From Verrucomicrobiaceae bacterium (GTDB lineage: Bacteria > Verrucomicrobiota > Verrucomicrobiia > Verrucomicrobiales > Akkermansiaceae): a stretch of DNA of 64,000 nt. The stretch covers positions 128,001 to 192,000 of the forward strand of contig JBPOGH010000007.1 in NCBI GenBank assembly GCA_051252135.1, read 5' to 3'. The notes under the pieces are model-generated. The model had not been told where the DNA came from, did not search any database, and worked only from the letters and a program-made list of their open reading frames with translations. The translations under genes and the position numbers were made by a program. This document shows positions 8,833 to 20,859 of the stretch, in pieces (position 1 is the first letter of the stretch; each line of letters begins with the position of its first letter).

Positions 8833-10605
8833 TTAGAAGGGCCAGAAATAAGGGATGGTCACGATGGCGACAAGCCAGAGGAGGAGGTTGAGAGGAATGC
8901 CAATTTTGGGGAAATCGGAGAAGCGATACCCTCCGGCTCCGAAGACGTAGGTGTTGGTCTGGTATCCGATGGGAGTGGCGAAGCTTGCGCTGGCTCCAAA
9001 CATGATGGCGACGACGAAGGGTCGCGGGTCCACATCCATCCCGTGGGCGATGGAAATGGCGATGGGGGTGAGGAGGATGGCGACCGCGTTGTTGGTGATC
9101 ATTTCGGTGAGGACCGAAGCCAGAAGGTAGATGAACGCGAGGACGACGAGGGGGCCGAAGGGGGCGAGAAGGTCGGCGGTGGAGACGGCGATGAGATGGG
9201 CTGCTCCGGTGTTTTCCATGGCCTGGCCCAAGCCGAGCATGCCGAAGATGATGAAGAGAATGGGCCATTCCACGCTGCGGTAGGCTTCGTGCGGATCGAG
9301 GCATCCCAGTAGAATGACGGCCACGGCACCGACGAGAGCGGCAGAGACGATGGGGATTCCCAGTGCCGAGAGGATGACCACGGCAAGGATGGCGGCGATG
9401 GCGAAGGGGGCTTTCTTGCGGCGGAAGGAGCGCTCCACGGTATCGTTGAGGAAGATGAGGTCTTCTTCCCGTTCCTGGAAGCGGGTGAGGTTTTCTTCGG
9501 GAGCTTCGATGAGGAGGGTGTCGCCCAGCTGCAGGGGAATGGTGGCGAGTTCGTTTTCGAGATTGGATCCCTTGCGATGGAGGGCGGCGACGACAATTCC
9601 GTGCTGCTGGCGGAGATCGAGTTCCGCGAGTGTTTTGCCGGGGAAGTTGGACATGGGGCCGATCATGGCTTCGACCAAGCGAACGGAGCCCCGGCGTCCG
9701 GTTTCGGGATTTCTCTCGAAGGAGAGGCCACCGATATCCCTAAGTTCGGATACCTTGCGGGAGTGGACATTGAGGACAATGGTATCGCCTTTTTCGAGAA
9801 CCAGTTCATCGATGGGAACGTCGCTGACCCGTTGGCCGCCACGAACGACGTAGTAGATTCGGAACGAGGGGCTCTTCCACAAGGAGGTTTCTCCCATGGT
9901 CTTTCCGGCGAATTGCGAACCTTCGGTGACCTCGGCGGTGGAAAGGAAACTGCGGAGATCCTCGGATTTCAAAAGGGAGGATACGGTGTCGCGATTGGGC
10001 AGGAGTCGGACACCTACCAGGAAAATGTAAGAGGTTCCTACGAGGGCGTAAATGAGGCCCATGGGGGAAATTTCGAAGACGCCGAAGGGTTTCATGCCAG
10101 CCTCGACAGCCACGCCGTTGACCAAAATATTGGTCGAAGTTCCGAAGAGAGTCATCGTTCCGCCCAAGATGGAGAGAAAGGAAAGGGGGATCAGGAGGCG
10201 GGAGGACTTGAGGCCTGATGATCTGGCGAAGCCGATGACGATGGGGAGGAAGACGACGACGACGGGGGTGTTGTTGATGCAGGCGGAGAGGGGGAGGACG
10301 ATGAGGGCGAGGATGGCGAGGGCGCGGCGCTCGCTGTTGCCGGCGGCTTTTTGGAAGAGTTGGGCGAGGCTCTCGATGACTCCGACGCGAACCAAGGCGG
10401 CGCTGAGAACGAACATGGCACCAATGGTGAGGGGGGCGCTGTTGCGAAAGACGCCGGTGACGTCATCGGCTCCCAGCATGCCGCAGATGATGCAGAGGGC
10501 GAAGGCGGCCAGGGAAACGAGATCGGGAGGGAGCCACTCCTTGAGGTAACAGGCGAAGGTGGCACCGAGGATGAGAAACACGGCGATGAGCTGGAACGTT
10601 TCCAT
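8833..10605 (-). CDS. SLC13/DASS-family permease with TrkA-C domains
   Basis: SACINNTPVV, GTSTN, two RCK_C-like segments, TPIGYQTN...GGYRFSDF. Confidence 0.9.
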   Translation of the reverse strand: METFQLIAVFLILGATFACYLKEWLPPDLVSLAAFALCIICGMLGADDVTGVFRNSAPLTIGAMFVLSAALVRVGVIESLAQLFQKAAGNSERRALAILALIVLPLSACINNTPVVVVFLPIVIGFARSSGLKSSRLLIPLSFLSILGGTMTLFGTSTNILVNGVAVEAGMKPFGVFEISPMGLIYALVGTSYIFLVGVRLLPNRDTVSSLLKSEDLRSFLSTAEVTEGSQFAGKTMGETSLWKSPSFRIYYVVRGGQRVSDVPIDELVLEKGDTIVLNVHSRKVSELRDIGGLSFERNPETGRRGSVRLVEAMIGPMSNFPGKTLAELDLRQQHGIVVAALHRKGSNLENELATIPLQLGDTLLIEAPEENLTRFQEREEDLIFLNDTVERSFRRKKAPFAIAAILAVVILSALGIPIVSAALVGAVAVILLGCLDPHEAYRSVEWPILFIIFGMLGLGQAMENTGAAHLIAVSTADLLAPFGPLVVLAFIYLLASVLTEMITNNAVAILLTPIAISIAHGMDVDPRPFVVAIMFGASASFATPIGYQTNTYVFGAGGYRFSDFPKIGIPLNLLLWLVAIVTIPYFWPF

Positions 10606-10675
10606 GATGTGGCCTCTTGGTTGTGAGGCGATCAATACTCTGGATTTTTTCAGGATCCACTGAAATCGCAGGGGG

Positions 10676-11047
10676 TTATCCTTCCAAGGCGTATGCGCCT
10701 GCCATGATCAGGCTGATGATGAACGAGAGGATCGAGAGGATGGTTCCCAGCTCAAAGAGGCGGTAGGAGGCGATGATTCCGAGACACCAGCGGGAGAAGC
10801 AGAAGCCGCCGACGCTTGCGTAGGCCAGGCTCATCCACTTTGCGGCGTCTCCCTGGATTGTGACGTCGTGTCTGCGGCCAAACCAGACTGCTTCTTCGGT
10901 GACCCACGCCTGGCGGGCGAAATAAAAGATGACGAGCGGGAGGATGATTCCGAGAAGGATGAGTTTGAGGTTTCCGCCGTTGGGCGGATAGGCGAAATCT
11001 TCAGCCTCGGCTGCGGTGTGTCGTCGCGGGTCTTTGAAGAGGGCCAT
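10676..11047 (-). CDS. Hypothetical 3-TM membrane protein
   Basis: 123-aa ORF with three hydrophobic segments, co-oriented with the permease. Confidence 0.65.
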   Translation of the reverse strand: MALFKDPRRHTAAEAEDFAYPPNGGNLKLILLGIILPLVIFYFARQAWVTEEAVWFGRRHDVTIQGDAAKWMSLAYASVGGFCFSRWCLGIIASYRLFELGTILSILSFIISLIMAGAYALEG

Positions 11048-11170
11048 GGGGCGGACAAATGGATTTTGAATTCAGATTAATCTCAAGTCGTTGTCTGAGA
11101 ATGACGTTGTTGAGAGGGAGGGGCGAGAAGTTCCTTTCCAATCGTGGGTGGTGGCTTTAGGTCTCCTTGC

Positions 11171-11665
11171 ATGTTCAGCGCAAGTCAGCTTACGGAGGAT
11201 CAGAAAGAGGCCATCCACGGATGGGTGGCGGAGGGGGCGCAGATGTCCGAGGTGCAGAAGCGACTGAAGGATGATTTTGGTTTTTCGGTGACTTATATGG
11301 ATACGCGGTTTTTGTCGCTTGATTTGGATTTGAAGTTCGTGATCGAGGAGGAGCCGGAGGCTGAAGTGGCGGAGGATATTTTGAGTGAGGAGTCCCCAAT
11401 TGAAGACAATCCGCAGGTAGGAGCGGCTGCACCGGTGCCGGAGGGCGGGTTTCAGCCGGTGGTGGCGACGGTCGATCAGATTGCGCGGCCCGGGGCAATG
11501 GTTTCCGGGAAAGTGACCTTTTCCGATGGGGAGAATGGGATGTGGATGATTGATGAGATGGGGCGGCCTTCGGTCGATCCCGACACGCCGGGGTATCGCC
11601 CGAGTGAGAGCGATTTGATCGAGTTCCAGAACAAGCTCCGGGATTTGCTGGATGGGCCGGGTTAG
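11171..11665 (+). CDS. Conserved hypothetical protein
   Basis: Globular N- and C-terminal parts joined by an acidic linker; start at MFSASQL. Confidence 0.7.
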   Translation: MFSASQLTEDQKEAIHGWVAEGAQMSEVQKRLKDDFGFSVTYMDTRFLSLDLDLKFVIEEEPEAEVAEDILSEESPIEDNPQVGAAAPVPEGGFQPVVATVDQIARPGAMVSGKVTFSDGENGMWMIDEMGRPSVDPDTPGYRPSESDLIEFQNKLRDLLDGPG

Positions 11666-13116
11666 GCGAGGATGTCGGTAACGACCTTTGCGGGTTTCAC
11701 GCCGGTGAGCTTTTGGTTGAGGCCCTGCCAGGGCATGGAGAGCTTGTTGTGATCGAAGCCGACGAGCTGGAGGAGGGTGGCGTGGAAGTCGCGGAGGTTG
11801 ACGGGGTTTTTCATGGCGAGGTAGCCCATGGGGTCGGTCTCGCCGTAGGAGAGGCCGGGTTTTACGCCCGCGCCCGCCATCCAGATGGTGAAGGCATTGG
11901 GATTATGGTCGCGGCCGAGGTAGGTCATTTTGGCGCCATTGCGATTTTCCTGCATGGGGGTGCGGCCGAACTCGCCGCCCCAGACGACGAGGGTGTCATC
12001 GAGCATGCCGCGTTGTTTGAGGTCGGTGAGGAGGGCGGAGATGGGTTTGTCGATGGATCGGCATTTGCCGATGAATCCCTCGTTGAGGGCTTCGTCTTTT
12101 CCGGCACCGTGTGAGTCCCAGCCCCAGTCGTAGAGCTGGATGAAGCGGACTCCGTTTTCGGCCAGGCGTCGGGCGAGGAGGCAGTTGTTGGCGAATGATT
12201 CCTTACCGGGTTGGGTGCCGTAGGCGTCGTGGACGTGTTGGGGTTCGTCCTTGATGGACATGACCTCGGGGACGGAGATTTGCATGCGGAAGGCCATCTC
12301 GTATTGGGCGATGCGGGTGATGGTCTCGGGGTCGGCGATTTTTGAGAAGGTCTCGTGGTTGAGTTCCTTAAGGGCATCGAGGGCGGCGCGGCGGGTCTGG
12401 CGGGTGACGCCTTTTGGATTGGCGGTGTTGAGGACGGGATCGCCGAAGGATTGGCATTGGACGCCCTGGTAGACGGAGGGAAGGAAGCCGGAGCCCCAGA
12501 GGGATTTTCCGACGCGGGGGACGCGGCCACCGGAGAGGAGGACCATGAAGCCGGGGAGGTTTTGGTTTTCGGCACCGAGGCCCCAGGTGATCCAGGAGCC
12601 GATGGAGGGGTAGCCGAGGCGGGCGTTCCCGGTATGGACCATGAGCTGGGCGGGGCCGTGGTTGAATTGGTCGGTGACCATCGTTTTGACGAAGCAGAGG
12701 TCATCGGCGTGCTTTGCGAGCTCAGGGAGGCGGTCGGAAATCCAGGCACCGGATTGGCCGTGTTGTTTGAAATCGTAGACGGGTCCGAGCATTTGGGGGG
12801 TGCCCTGGATGAAGGCGAAGCGCTGGCCTTCGAGGTATTCCTGGGGGCAGTCCTTGCCGTCGTATTTTTTGAGCTCGGGTTTGTAGTCGAAGAGCTCCAG
12901 TTGGGAGGGCGCTCCGATCATATGAAGGTAAATGACCCGCTTCACCTTGGGATTGACCTGCGGCAGAAGGGGGGCGAGGGGGGCCTGTGGATTGTGTTGG
13001 ATGCCTGCGCCCGCCCCTTGTGCCATTTCGTTGGCGAGCCACATGCCTCCGAGTCCGGTGGTGCAATCACGGAGGAAGTGGCGACGGGTGGTGTTTTGAA
13101 GATCCAGATAGGCCAT
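11662..13116 (-). CDS. DUF1501-family (sulfatase-like) Tat-exported protein
   Basis: TRRHFL Tat motif; IYLHM.GAPSQLELFDYKP, CLLARRL.E.GVRF, WDSH, GEFGRTP, GRDH. Confidence 0.92.
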   Translation of the reverse strand: MAYLDLQNTTRRHFLRDCTTGLGGMWLANEMAQGAGAGIQHNPQAPLAPLLPQVNPKVKRVIYLHMIGAPSQLELFDYKPELKKYDGKDCPQEYLEGQRFAFIQGTPQMLGPVYDFKQHGQSGAWISDRLPELAKHADDLCFVKTMVTDQFNHGPAQLMVHTGNARLGYPSIGSWITWGLGAENQNLPGFMVLLSGGRVPRVGKSLWGSGFLPSVYQGVQCQSFGDPVLNTANPKGVTRQTRRAALDALKELNHETFSKIADPETITRIAQYEMAFRMQISVPEVMSIKDEPQHVHDAYGTQPGKESFANNCLLARRLAENGVRFIQLYDWGWDSHGAGKDEALNEGFIGKCRSIDKPISALLTDLKQRGMLDDTLVVWGGEFGRTPMQENRNGAKMTYLGRDHNPNAFTIWMAGAGVKPGLSYGETDPMGYLAMKNPVNLRDFHATLLQLVGFDHNKLSMPWQGLNQKLTGVKPAKVVTDILA

Positions 13117-13225
13117 AGTGACGAAGCTCGTTTATCTTTAACGAATCTCAAGGGGGGAACCTTGCGGGGAGATGTCATTTTTAGTTGGGGGAAAGTCAGG
13201 GGAAGCTGCCTCCGTAGAGAAGAGG

Positions 13226-13843
13226 ATGAAGATTTTAGGAGTCATGGCGATGGGGCTGTTGGCGGGTTGCCAGTGCGAGAGGAGGCAAGAGGCCCCTTGG
13301 GTGGTGCCGGCGGAGGAAGAGTGGAAGGCCCTGCAATTTGGCGGAGACGGAGCGGTTCAGTGGTCGGATGGTGAGTTGAGCCTTGATTTGGGGGCTGAGC
13401 TGACCGGGGCCCTTTATGAGGGTGATTTACCGGAAATTCCCTATGAGCTGGAGCTGGAGGCCGAGAAGCGCAATGGGAGCGATTTTTTTTGCGGGCTGAC
13501 CTTTCCGGTGCGATCAAAGGATGAATGTCTCACCCTGATTGTGGGTGGTTGGGGCGGGGGAACGGTGGGGCTCTCATCGGTGGATGGCGAAGATGCTTCC
13601 CGCAATGAAACGACGAGTTATCACCTTTTTGAGAAAAACAGGTGGTATGCGGTGCGGTTGCGGGTGACCGAGGCGGAAGTGGAGGTCTGGATCGATGGTG
13701 AACAGGTGATTGATTTGGCGATTGAGGGAAAATCGCTGGGGCTAAGACCGGGTATGATTGAGCTGTGTGCGCCGTTTGGAGTGGGGGCGTGGCAGACGGA
13801 GGCCGGGCTGCGGGGAATTCGTTGGCGTTCTCTTGCTGATTAG
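13226..13843 (+). CDS. DUF1080 (3-keto-disaccharide hydrolase-like) lipoprotein
   Basis: Lipobox LAGC; GSDFFCGLTFPV, GGWGGG.VGLSS.DG.DAS.NET. Confidence 0.8.
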   Translation: MKILGVMAMGLLAGCQCERRQEAPWVVPAEEEWKALQFGGDGAVQWSDGELSLDLGAELTGALYEGDLPEIPYELELEAEKRNGSDFFCGLTFPVRSKDECLTLIVGGWGGGTVGLSSVDGEDASRNETTSYHLFEKNRWYAVRLRVTEAEVEVWIDGEQVIDLAIEGKSLGLRPGMIELCAPFGVGAWQTEAGLRGIRWRSLAD

Positions 13844-13904
13844 GACTTGTCATTTTCCACAAGCAACGTTAAGGGAATCCCCAACAACTTCTGACGTCAG
13901 TAAG

Positions 13905-13931
13905 GAGTGGGTTTTACAACCCGCTCTTTTT
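13905..13931 (+). promoter_or_regulatory. rimP/nusA-leader-type attenuator hairpin
   Basis: GAGTGGGTT-TTAC-AACCCGCTC-TTTTT about 30 nt before nusA ATG. Confidence 0.65.
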
Positions 13932-13958
13932 GGTCTCAGGAAACCAGCATTTTAGAAC

Positions 13959-15314
13959 ATGACTACTGATATCGTTGCCCTCATTGAGTTCTACGAAAAA
14001 GAAAAGGCGATCGAGCGCGAGCGCGTTGTCGAAGCGCTGCAGTATGCTTTTTGCTCCGCTTATCGCAAAATGGTGCCCGGAGCAGAGGCCATTGAGACTC
14101 TTTCCGCCCAGATCAACGAGAAGAAGGGCGATACCCGCATTTTTGCCTCCCTCGAGGTGGTAGCCGATGACGATTATGTCGATAAGTTCAACGAAGTGCC
14201 CCAGTCTCTGGCTTCCAAGAAACAGCCGGGTATTCAGATCGGAGATCGCATCGATCTTGATGTGACTCCTCCCAACTTCGGGCGGATTGCGGTGCAGACG
14301 GCGAAGCAGACCATGATGCAGCGTCTTCGTCAGGCTGAGAAAGAAAAGATTTATGACGAGTTCAAGGATCGTGCGGGCGACATCGTCAGCGGTTCGGTGC
14401 GTCGCTTCGAAAAGAGCGATGTGATGGTTGATCTGGGTAAGTTTGAAGCGCGTATGCCATCCAAGGAGCGCGTGGTGACGGAAGACTACAATGTGGGTGA
14501 TCGCATCCGCTGTTATGTGGTGTCGGTGGATAATGAAGGTCGTGGACCGGAAATCATTCTTTCCCGCAGCCATCCCAACTTTGTTCGTCGGCTCTTTGAA
14601 TCGGAGGTTGCTGAGATTTCCGATCGCACCGTGGAACTCCGGGCCGTGGCCCGTGAGGCGGGATACCGCACGAAGGTGGCTGTATTCAGTCATGACGACA
14701 AGGTGGACCCGGTGGGTGCCTGCGTCGGTCTCCGGGGAGCTCGGGTGAAAAACATTGTTCGTGAATTGAACAATGAAAAAGTGGATATCATCCGCTGGAC
14801 CGAAGATATCAACGAATTTGTGACCGAGGCCTTGAAGCCTGCCCAAGTGCGCAGCATCAAGCTCGACGAGAAAGGCAAAGTTGTCCATGTCACCGTGGAT
14901 GAAGAAGACCTTAGCAAGGCAATTGGTCGGCGTGGCCAGAATGCGCGCCTGACCTCCAAGCTAGTGGGCTGGGATGTTCAGGTGAAGAAGGACGAGAGCC
15001 AGCACGAAAAGTTCGAAGCCCGGGTGGAAGACGCAGCTCTGCACCTTGGAGAATCCCTTGGACTCACTCCGGAGCTTTCAGATCGCCTTTTCCGTGCCGG
15101 TGGTGTCTCCAGTGAAATGGTGACCCAGATGCCGGCGGACTACATTGCTTCTGCATTGGGAATTGAAGTTTCCGAAGCTGATACGGTGCTGGAGAAAGCC
15201 CAGGCATTGATTTCCGGAGCAATCGAAGCAGTGTCGGAAGTCGTGGATGCGCCTGCCGAAGAAACACCTGTTGTTGAAGAAACACCCGCGGAGGAGAACA
15301 GCTCCGAAGCATAA
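13959..15314 (+). CDS. nusA: Transcription termination/antitermination factor NusA
   Basis: FGRIAVQTAKQ, S1 domain, AREAGYRTKVAV, DPVGACVG.RG.RV, AIGRRGQNARL. Confidence 0.97.
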   Translation: MTTDIVALIEFYEKEKAIERERVVEALQYAFCSAYRKMVPGAEAIETLSAQINEKKGDTRIFASLEVVADDDYVDKFNEVPQSLASKKQPGIQIGDRIDLDVTPPNFGRIAVQTAKQTMMQRLRQAEKEKIYDEFKDRAGDIVSGSVRRFEKSDVMVDLGKFEARMPSKERVVTEDYNVGDRIRCYVVSVDNEGRGPEIILSRSHPNFVRRLFESEVAEISDRTVELRAVAREAGYRTKVAVFSHDDKVDPVGACVGLRGARVKNIVRELNNEKVDIIRWTEDINEFVTEALKPAQVRSIKLDEKGKVVHVTVDEEDLSKAIGRRGQNARLTSKLVGWDVQVKKDESQHEKFEARVEDAALHLGESLGLTPELSDRLFRAGGVSSEMVTQMPADYIASALGIEVSEADTVLEKAQALISGAIEAVSEVVDAPAEETPVVEETPAEENSSEA

Positions 15315-15361
15315 ACCGATCGCCGATACAGGCACCTGCCCCCAAGACCACCAACTACGGT

Positions 15362-17482
<2,121 letters not shown>

Positions 17483-17518
17483 GGGGGACCTCCCGACCCG
17501 AATACCACCACTGCTGAC

Positions 17519-17878
17519 ATGGCCAAACGACTCGATAGAGTAAACGAATTGATGCGCCGCGAAATTAGCGCGGTCATTCAGCGTGAATTCGAGTGGAAGG
17601 GGAGTTTGGTCACGGTGAGCGAAGTCATTGTCACGCAGGACCTGAAAGAGGGGAAAGTGTTTGTGAGTGTTCTGGGCGGTCATGCGCAGGACGTCATCGA
17701 GAAGCTCAACAAGAAGCATGGTTTTATTCAGGGGCTTGTGTCAAAGCGGGTGGTTTTGAAAAACACCCCGGTGCTCCATTTTCGAATCGATAAATCGGCA
17801 GCGCGGGGAGTTGATGTGGTGAACCTTCTTGATGAGGTCGCCCAGTTGCCTACGGCCCCTCCAGAGGAGGAGGATTAA
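17519..17878 (+). CDS. rbfA: 30S ribosome-binding factor A
   Basis: RLDRVNELMRREIS, VTQDLKEGKVFVS, TPVLHF; follows infB. Confidence 0.93.
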   Translation: MAKRLDRVNELMRREISAVIQREFEWKGSLVTVSEVIVTQDLKEGKVFVSVLGGHAQDVIEKLNKKHGFIQGLVSKRVVLKNTPVLHFRIDKSAARGVDVVNLLDEVAQLPTAPPEEED

Positions 17879-18043
17879 AAAGGGTGGGGGGAAGGGGAGT
17901 CCCGTTTGATCGATGATCCGAGTGGATCCCGGGAGGAATTGTGGGTAATCTTGGACTTTTTTCAAAAAATGTTCGCTTTTCTTAAAAATATAGGTAATTT
18001 GATTTTCATCCTTCCTTAAAGGATGGATTCACTACCTTACATT

Positions 18044-18649
18044 ATGAAAACACTAACGATCATTGGCGTTTCGCTTTCCCTCGGGGGAGTGTCCCCCCTC
18101 ACTGCGCAGATCGAGGACTTCGAAGGCGTATTTACCTATACGGGTGACTCTTCGACCGGAACCTTCGATTATTTCATCGATACCTCTGCTGATACCCTGA
18201 CCATTACCAATCCGACAGGTCGCTTCGTCAGCCTCTTCACGTTTCCCACCGATGTGACACCGATGGTGTTGCTTGCCCAAGACAACTTTTCAGTCACGGG
18301 CGCGGGTGCCGCCGGACTTTCTTCGCCGAGCTACGACTTCACTGGAAGCGAAACCAATCTATTTGGCCAGGAGAGTGGAGACGGCTTTTACTGGGCGTCC
18401 CAAAACCTTTCCGACGACGGTCAGTTCAACATGACCGTCCTGGGTGCCGGTCCGCAGAATAGCCCCACGGCCAATCTGGCGGATAGCACGTTCAATTCTT
18501 TTATCAGGAACGATGGGTCGACGGGGCCTCTGAATATTCTTCAAATTGGCGAGAGTAGCTCTTCTTACACCAGCGAAGCGGTTCCCGAGCCATCCGCGGT
18601 CCTCCTTTTGGGGATTTCAGCGATGGGATTGATGCGTCGTCGCCGATAG
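18044..18649 (+). CDS. PEP-CTERM sorting-domain protein
   Basis: Signal peptide; C-terminal VPEPSAVLLLGISAMGLMRRRR. Confidence 0.92.
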   Translation: MKTLTIIGVSLSLGGVSPLTAQIEDFEGVFTYTGDSSTGTFDYFIDTSADTLTITNPTGRFVSLFTFPTDVTPMVLLAQDNFSVTGAGAAGLSSPSYDFTGSETNLFGQESGDGFYWASQNLSDDGQFNMTVLGAGPQNSPTANLADSTFNSFIRNDGSTGPLNILQIGESSSSYTSEAVPEPSAVLLLGISAMGLMRRRR

Positions 18650-18671
18650 AATTTCGAAATTGAAGCTGCTT

Positions 18672-18706
18672 AAAAAAGTCCTCCCGAAACGGAGGGCTTT
18701 TTTTTT
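18672..18706 (+). terminator. Intrinsic terminator
   Basis: AAAAAAGTCCTCC-CGAAAC-GGAGGGC followed by a T9 run. Confidence 0.8.
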
Positions 18707-18867
18707 CTTTGGGGAAGGGGGGGATCTAAAACGGTGGGGCATTTGAGCGGAGAGAAGGTAATTTTCGGAGATGCGTGTTTGACAGGGGGTTCTCTGGTTT
18801 TGTTTACTCTTCGAAAGAGTTGGAGAAATAGATTTCGAAAATTCACAATCCCAATCGAAGACACACC

Positions 18868-19434
18868 ATGAGCGACGATAAGCAGCCACCAAAGCCACCG
18901 GCACCAATGAAGAAGACCTCCGCTGTTCCCCTTAAAAAAGAGACGGTTCGAGTCACCTTAAAAGCCGACCCTGACAAGCCAGCAGCTGCTCCTACCGCAC
19001 CAGCGGCTCCCAAGCCGCCTACTGCTTCGGCACCTCCTGCGCCATCGGCGCCCAAGCCACCGGCACCAGCTCCTACCATTCCGCTAAAAACGGCTCCGGT
19101 TGCCAGTGCTCCGTTGGCTCCCAAACCCGCCGGTGCGCCGGCCCCGGCTCCCACGATTCCTTTGAAGACGGGACCTGCTGCCGGAGGCGATCCTACCAAA
19201 CCTCTTCCCCAGGCTACCGTGCAGCTTCAGAGCACCCAACAGCTTGGAGCTCCTACCGCTCCGACGACGCCCCAGATTGGCACCATTGCCACGACGGATG
19301 TGGATGATGAGGAAGGCAGCGATACGATCCCAACGGTGATGTCCATTCTGGCCTTTGTGCTGGCACTGGGTGTCTTGGGAGTGGGCCTGATGACCTGGAC
19401 TCTTGAGAATGAGATCGGTGATCTTTTCAGTTAA
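18868..19434 (+). CDS. Pro/Ala-rich protein with C-terminal membrane anchor
   Basis: Low-complexity PAPT repeats, repeated PAPTIPLKT, terminal TM helix. Confidence 0.8.
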   Translation: MSDDKQPPKPPAPMKKTSAVPLKKETVRVTLKADPDKPAAAPTAPAAPKPPTASAPPAPSAPKPPAPAPTIPLKTAPVASAPLAPKPAGAPAPAPTIPLKTGPAAGGDPTKPLPQATVQLQSTQQLGAPTAPTTPQIGTIATTDVDDEEGSDTIPTVMSILAFVLALGVLGVGLMTWTLENEIGDLFS

Positions 19435-19460
19435 CCCTTAAACGAGTATAGAAACATACA

Positions 19461-19535
19461 ATGGCTATTCCAGCAGCTCTCCTAGTCCTCGGCGTGATTG
19501 TGGCACTGATTCAGTTCCTTGCCAGCGGTCTGTAG
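19461..19535 (+). CDS. Putative 24-aa single-TM small protein
   Basis: MAIPAALLVLGVIVALIQFLASGL*; A-rich leader, in-frame stop 9 nt upstream. Confidence 0.45.
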   Translation: MAIPAALLVLGVIVALIQFLASGL

Positions 19536-19620
19536 GTGGAGGACAAGTTCTCTAACAGGTCCATGTGACCAATTTCAGGGTGGCTCTTGACGCCACCCTT
19601 TTTGCGTACATATTTCCGGA

Positions 19621-19941
19621 ATGGCATTAACGATTACCGAAGAAAATTTCGAGACAGAGGTTCTGGGCTCGGATGTACCTGTCCTTGTCGACTTTTGGGC
19701 CGAATGGTGCGGGCCTTGTAAAATGATTTCCCCGATGGTGGACGCTGTGGCTGCTGAAGTCGAAGGCGTGGCCAAGGTCGGGAAGTGTAATCTGGATGAC
19801 GGTCAGGCATTGGCCGCAAAGTACGGCATCCGTTCGATTCCCACCCTTCTCTTTTTTAAGGATGGCGAAGTGAAGGACCAGATTATTGGAGCTGCGGTCA
19901 CGCAGAGCCAGATTGCGGAGAAACTTCAGGCGCTTGCCTAG
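19621..19941 (+). CDS. trxA: Thioredoxin
   Basis: [18 protein letters not shown]. Confidence 0.96.
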   Translation: MALTITEENFETEVLGSDVPVLVDFWAEWCGPCKMISPMVDAVAAEVEGVAKVGKCNLDDGQALAAKYGIRSIPTLLFFKDGEVKDQIIGAAVTQSQIAEKLQALA

Positions 19942-19963
19942 GCGGAACCCGATTGAATCAACC

Positions 19964-19998
19964 AAAAAGCGGCTTCGTGAATCACGGAGCCGCTTTTT
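19964..19998. terminator. Bidirectional intrinsic terminator
   Basis: AAAAAGCGGCTTCGTGA-A-TCACGGAGCCGCTTTTT between convergent trxA and entericidin-like gene. Confidence 0.85.
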
Positions 19999-20016
19999 CT
20001 TTGGAAGACCGAGAAA

Positions 20017-20163
20017 TTAGAATTTTTTGCCGTAGGCTGAGTTCTCGAAGCCCTGACCGAGGCGCTGGAAGTCGCGTCCCATTCCAACAAAGGTATTGCA
20101 GGAGGATAGGAAGAGAGCGGCGGCGGCACTGAGGACGAAGAGCAAGGGGAGTTTTTTCTTCAT
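20017..20163 (-). CDS. Entericidin EcnA/B-like lipoprotein (48 aa)
   Basis: Manual translation MKKKLPLLFVLSAAAALFLSSCNTFVGMGRDFQRLGQGFENSAYGKKF; lipobox plus CNT..G.G.D...G signature. Confidence 0.85.
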   Translation of the reverse strand: MKKKLPLLFVLSAAAALFLSSCNTFVGMGRDFQRLGQGFENSAYGKKF

Positions 20164-20247
20164 GGATCAAGAAAACCCTCAATCAAGTGTGGGCGCAAGT
20201 GTTTAATTTTTCCTGATTAATAGGCTGGAAGTGTGATACCTGTAGGA

Positions 20248-20859
20248 ATGGAGAGAAAAGTAGTGGCCGAGCTTCTGGATGCGCTGCCATCTGAGGCTCC
20301 GGAGGCGCAGCGATCACGGCGGGATTTGCGTTTGATTAACGGATTAATGGGCAATGAACGGTGGATTCTCGGGGTTTTAAGGGGATTGAAGGGAGATGTG
20401 GTGGAATTGGGGGCGGGGGACGGATGTCTTACCCGTAAGATGATGCCGGGGCGTCAGGTGACGGGTCTGGATTTTCAGGAAAAGCCCGAGGAGCTGGATT
20501 GTCATTGGGTGTCCGGTGATTTGTTTGAGTCGTTGGCGGAGGTGAAGGCTCCGGTGGTGGTGGCGAACCTGATCCTGCATCATTTTGAAGAGGAGAGGTT
20601 GGCGAGGCTTGGTGAGTTGTTTCGTGAGCGGCAAGCGCTGGTCTTTGTGGAGCCGTGGCGGTCCCGGCTTGCGTTGGTGGAGGGAGGATTGTTGTTTCCA
20701 TTTGTTAACCGGGTGACAAGGCATGACATGATGGTGAGTATTCGGGCTGGTTTTGTGAGGGGGGAGTTGCAGAGGTTTCTGGGGCTGGGTGAGGAATGGG
20801 CCTGGCGGGAAGAGGTCTCGTTGCTGGGAGGGTTGCGTGTGGTAGCCTATCGGTCATGA
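20248..20859 (+). CDS. Class I SAM-dependent methyltransferase (type III PKS-associated type)
   Basis: ELLD...RDLRLIN..MG, VVELGAGDG, NLILHHF, VTRHD..VSIRAGF. Confidence 0.85.
   Translation: MERKVVAELLDALPSEAPEAQRSRRDLRLINGLMGNERWILGVLRGLKGDVVELGAGDGCLTRKMMPGRQVTGLDFQEKPEELDCHWVSGDLFESLAEVKAPVVVANLILHHFEEERLARLGELFRERQALVFVEPWRSRLALVEGGLLFPFVNRVTRHDMMVSIRAGFVRGELQRFLGLGEEWAWREEVSLLGGLRVVAYRS

Noticed and set aside
13914..14888. 324-aa ORF antisense to nusA
   Set aside because: Codon-bias shadow of a conserved gene
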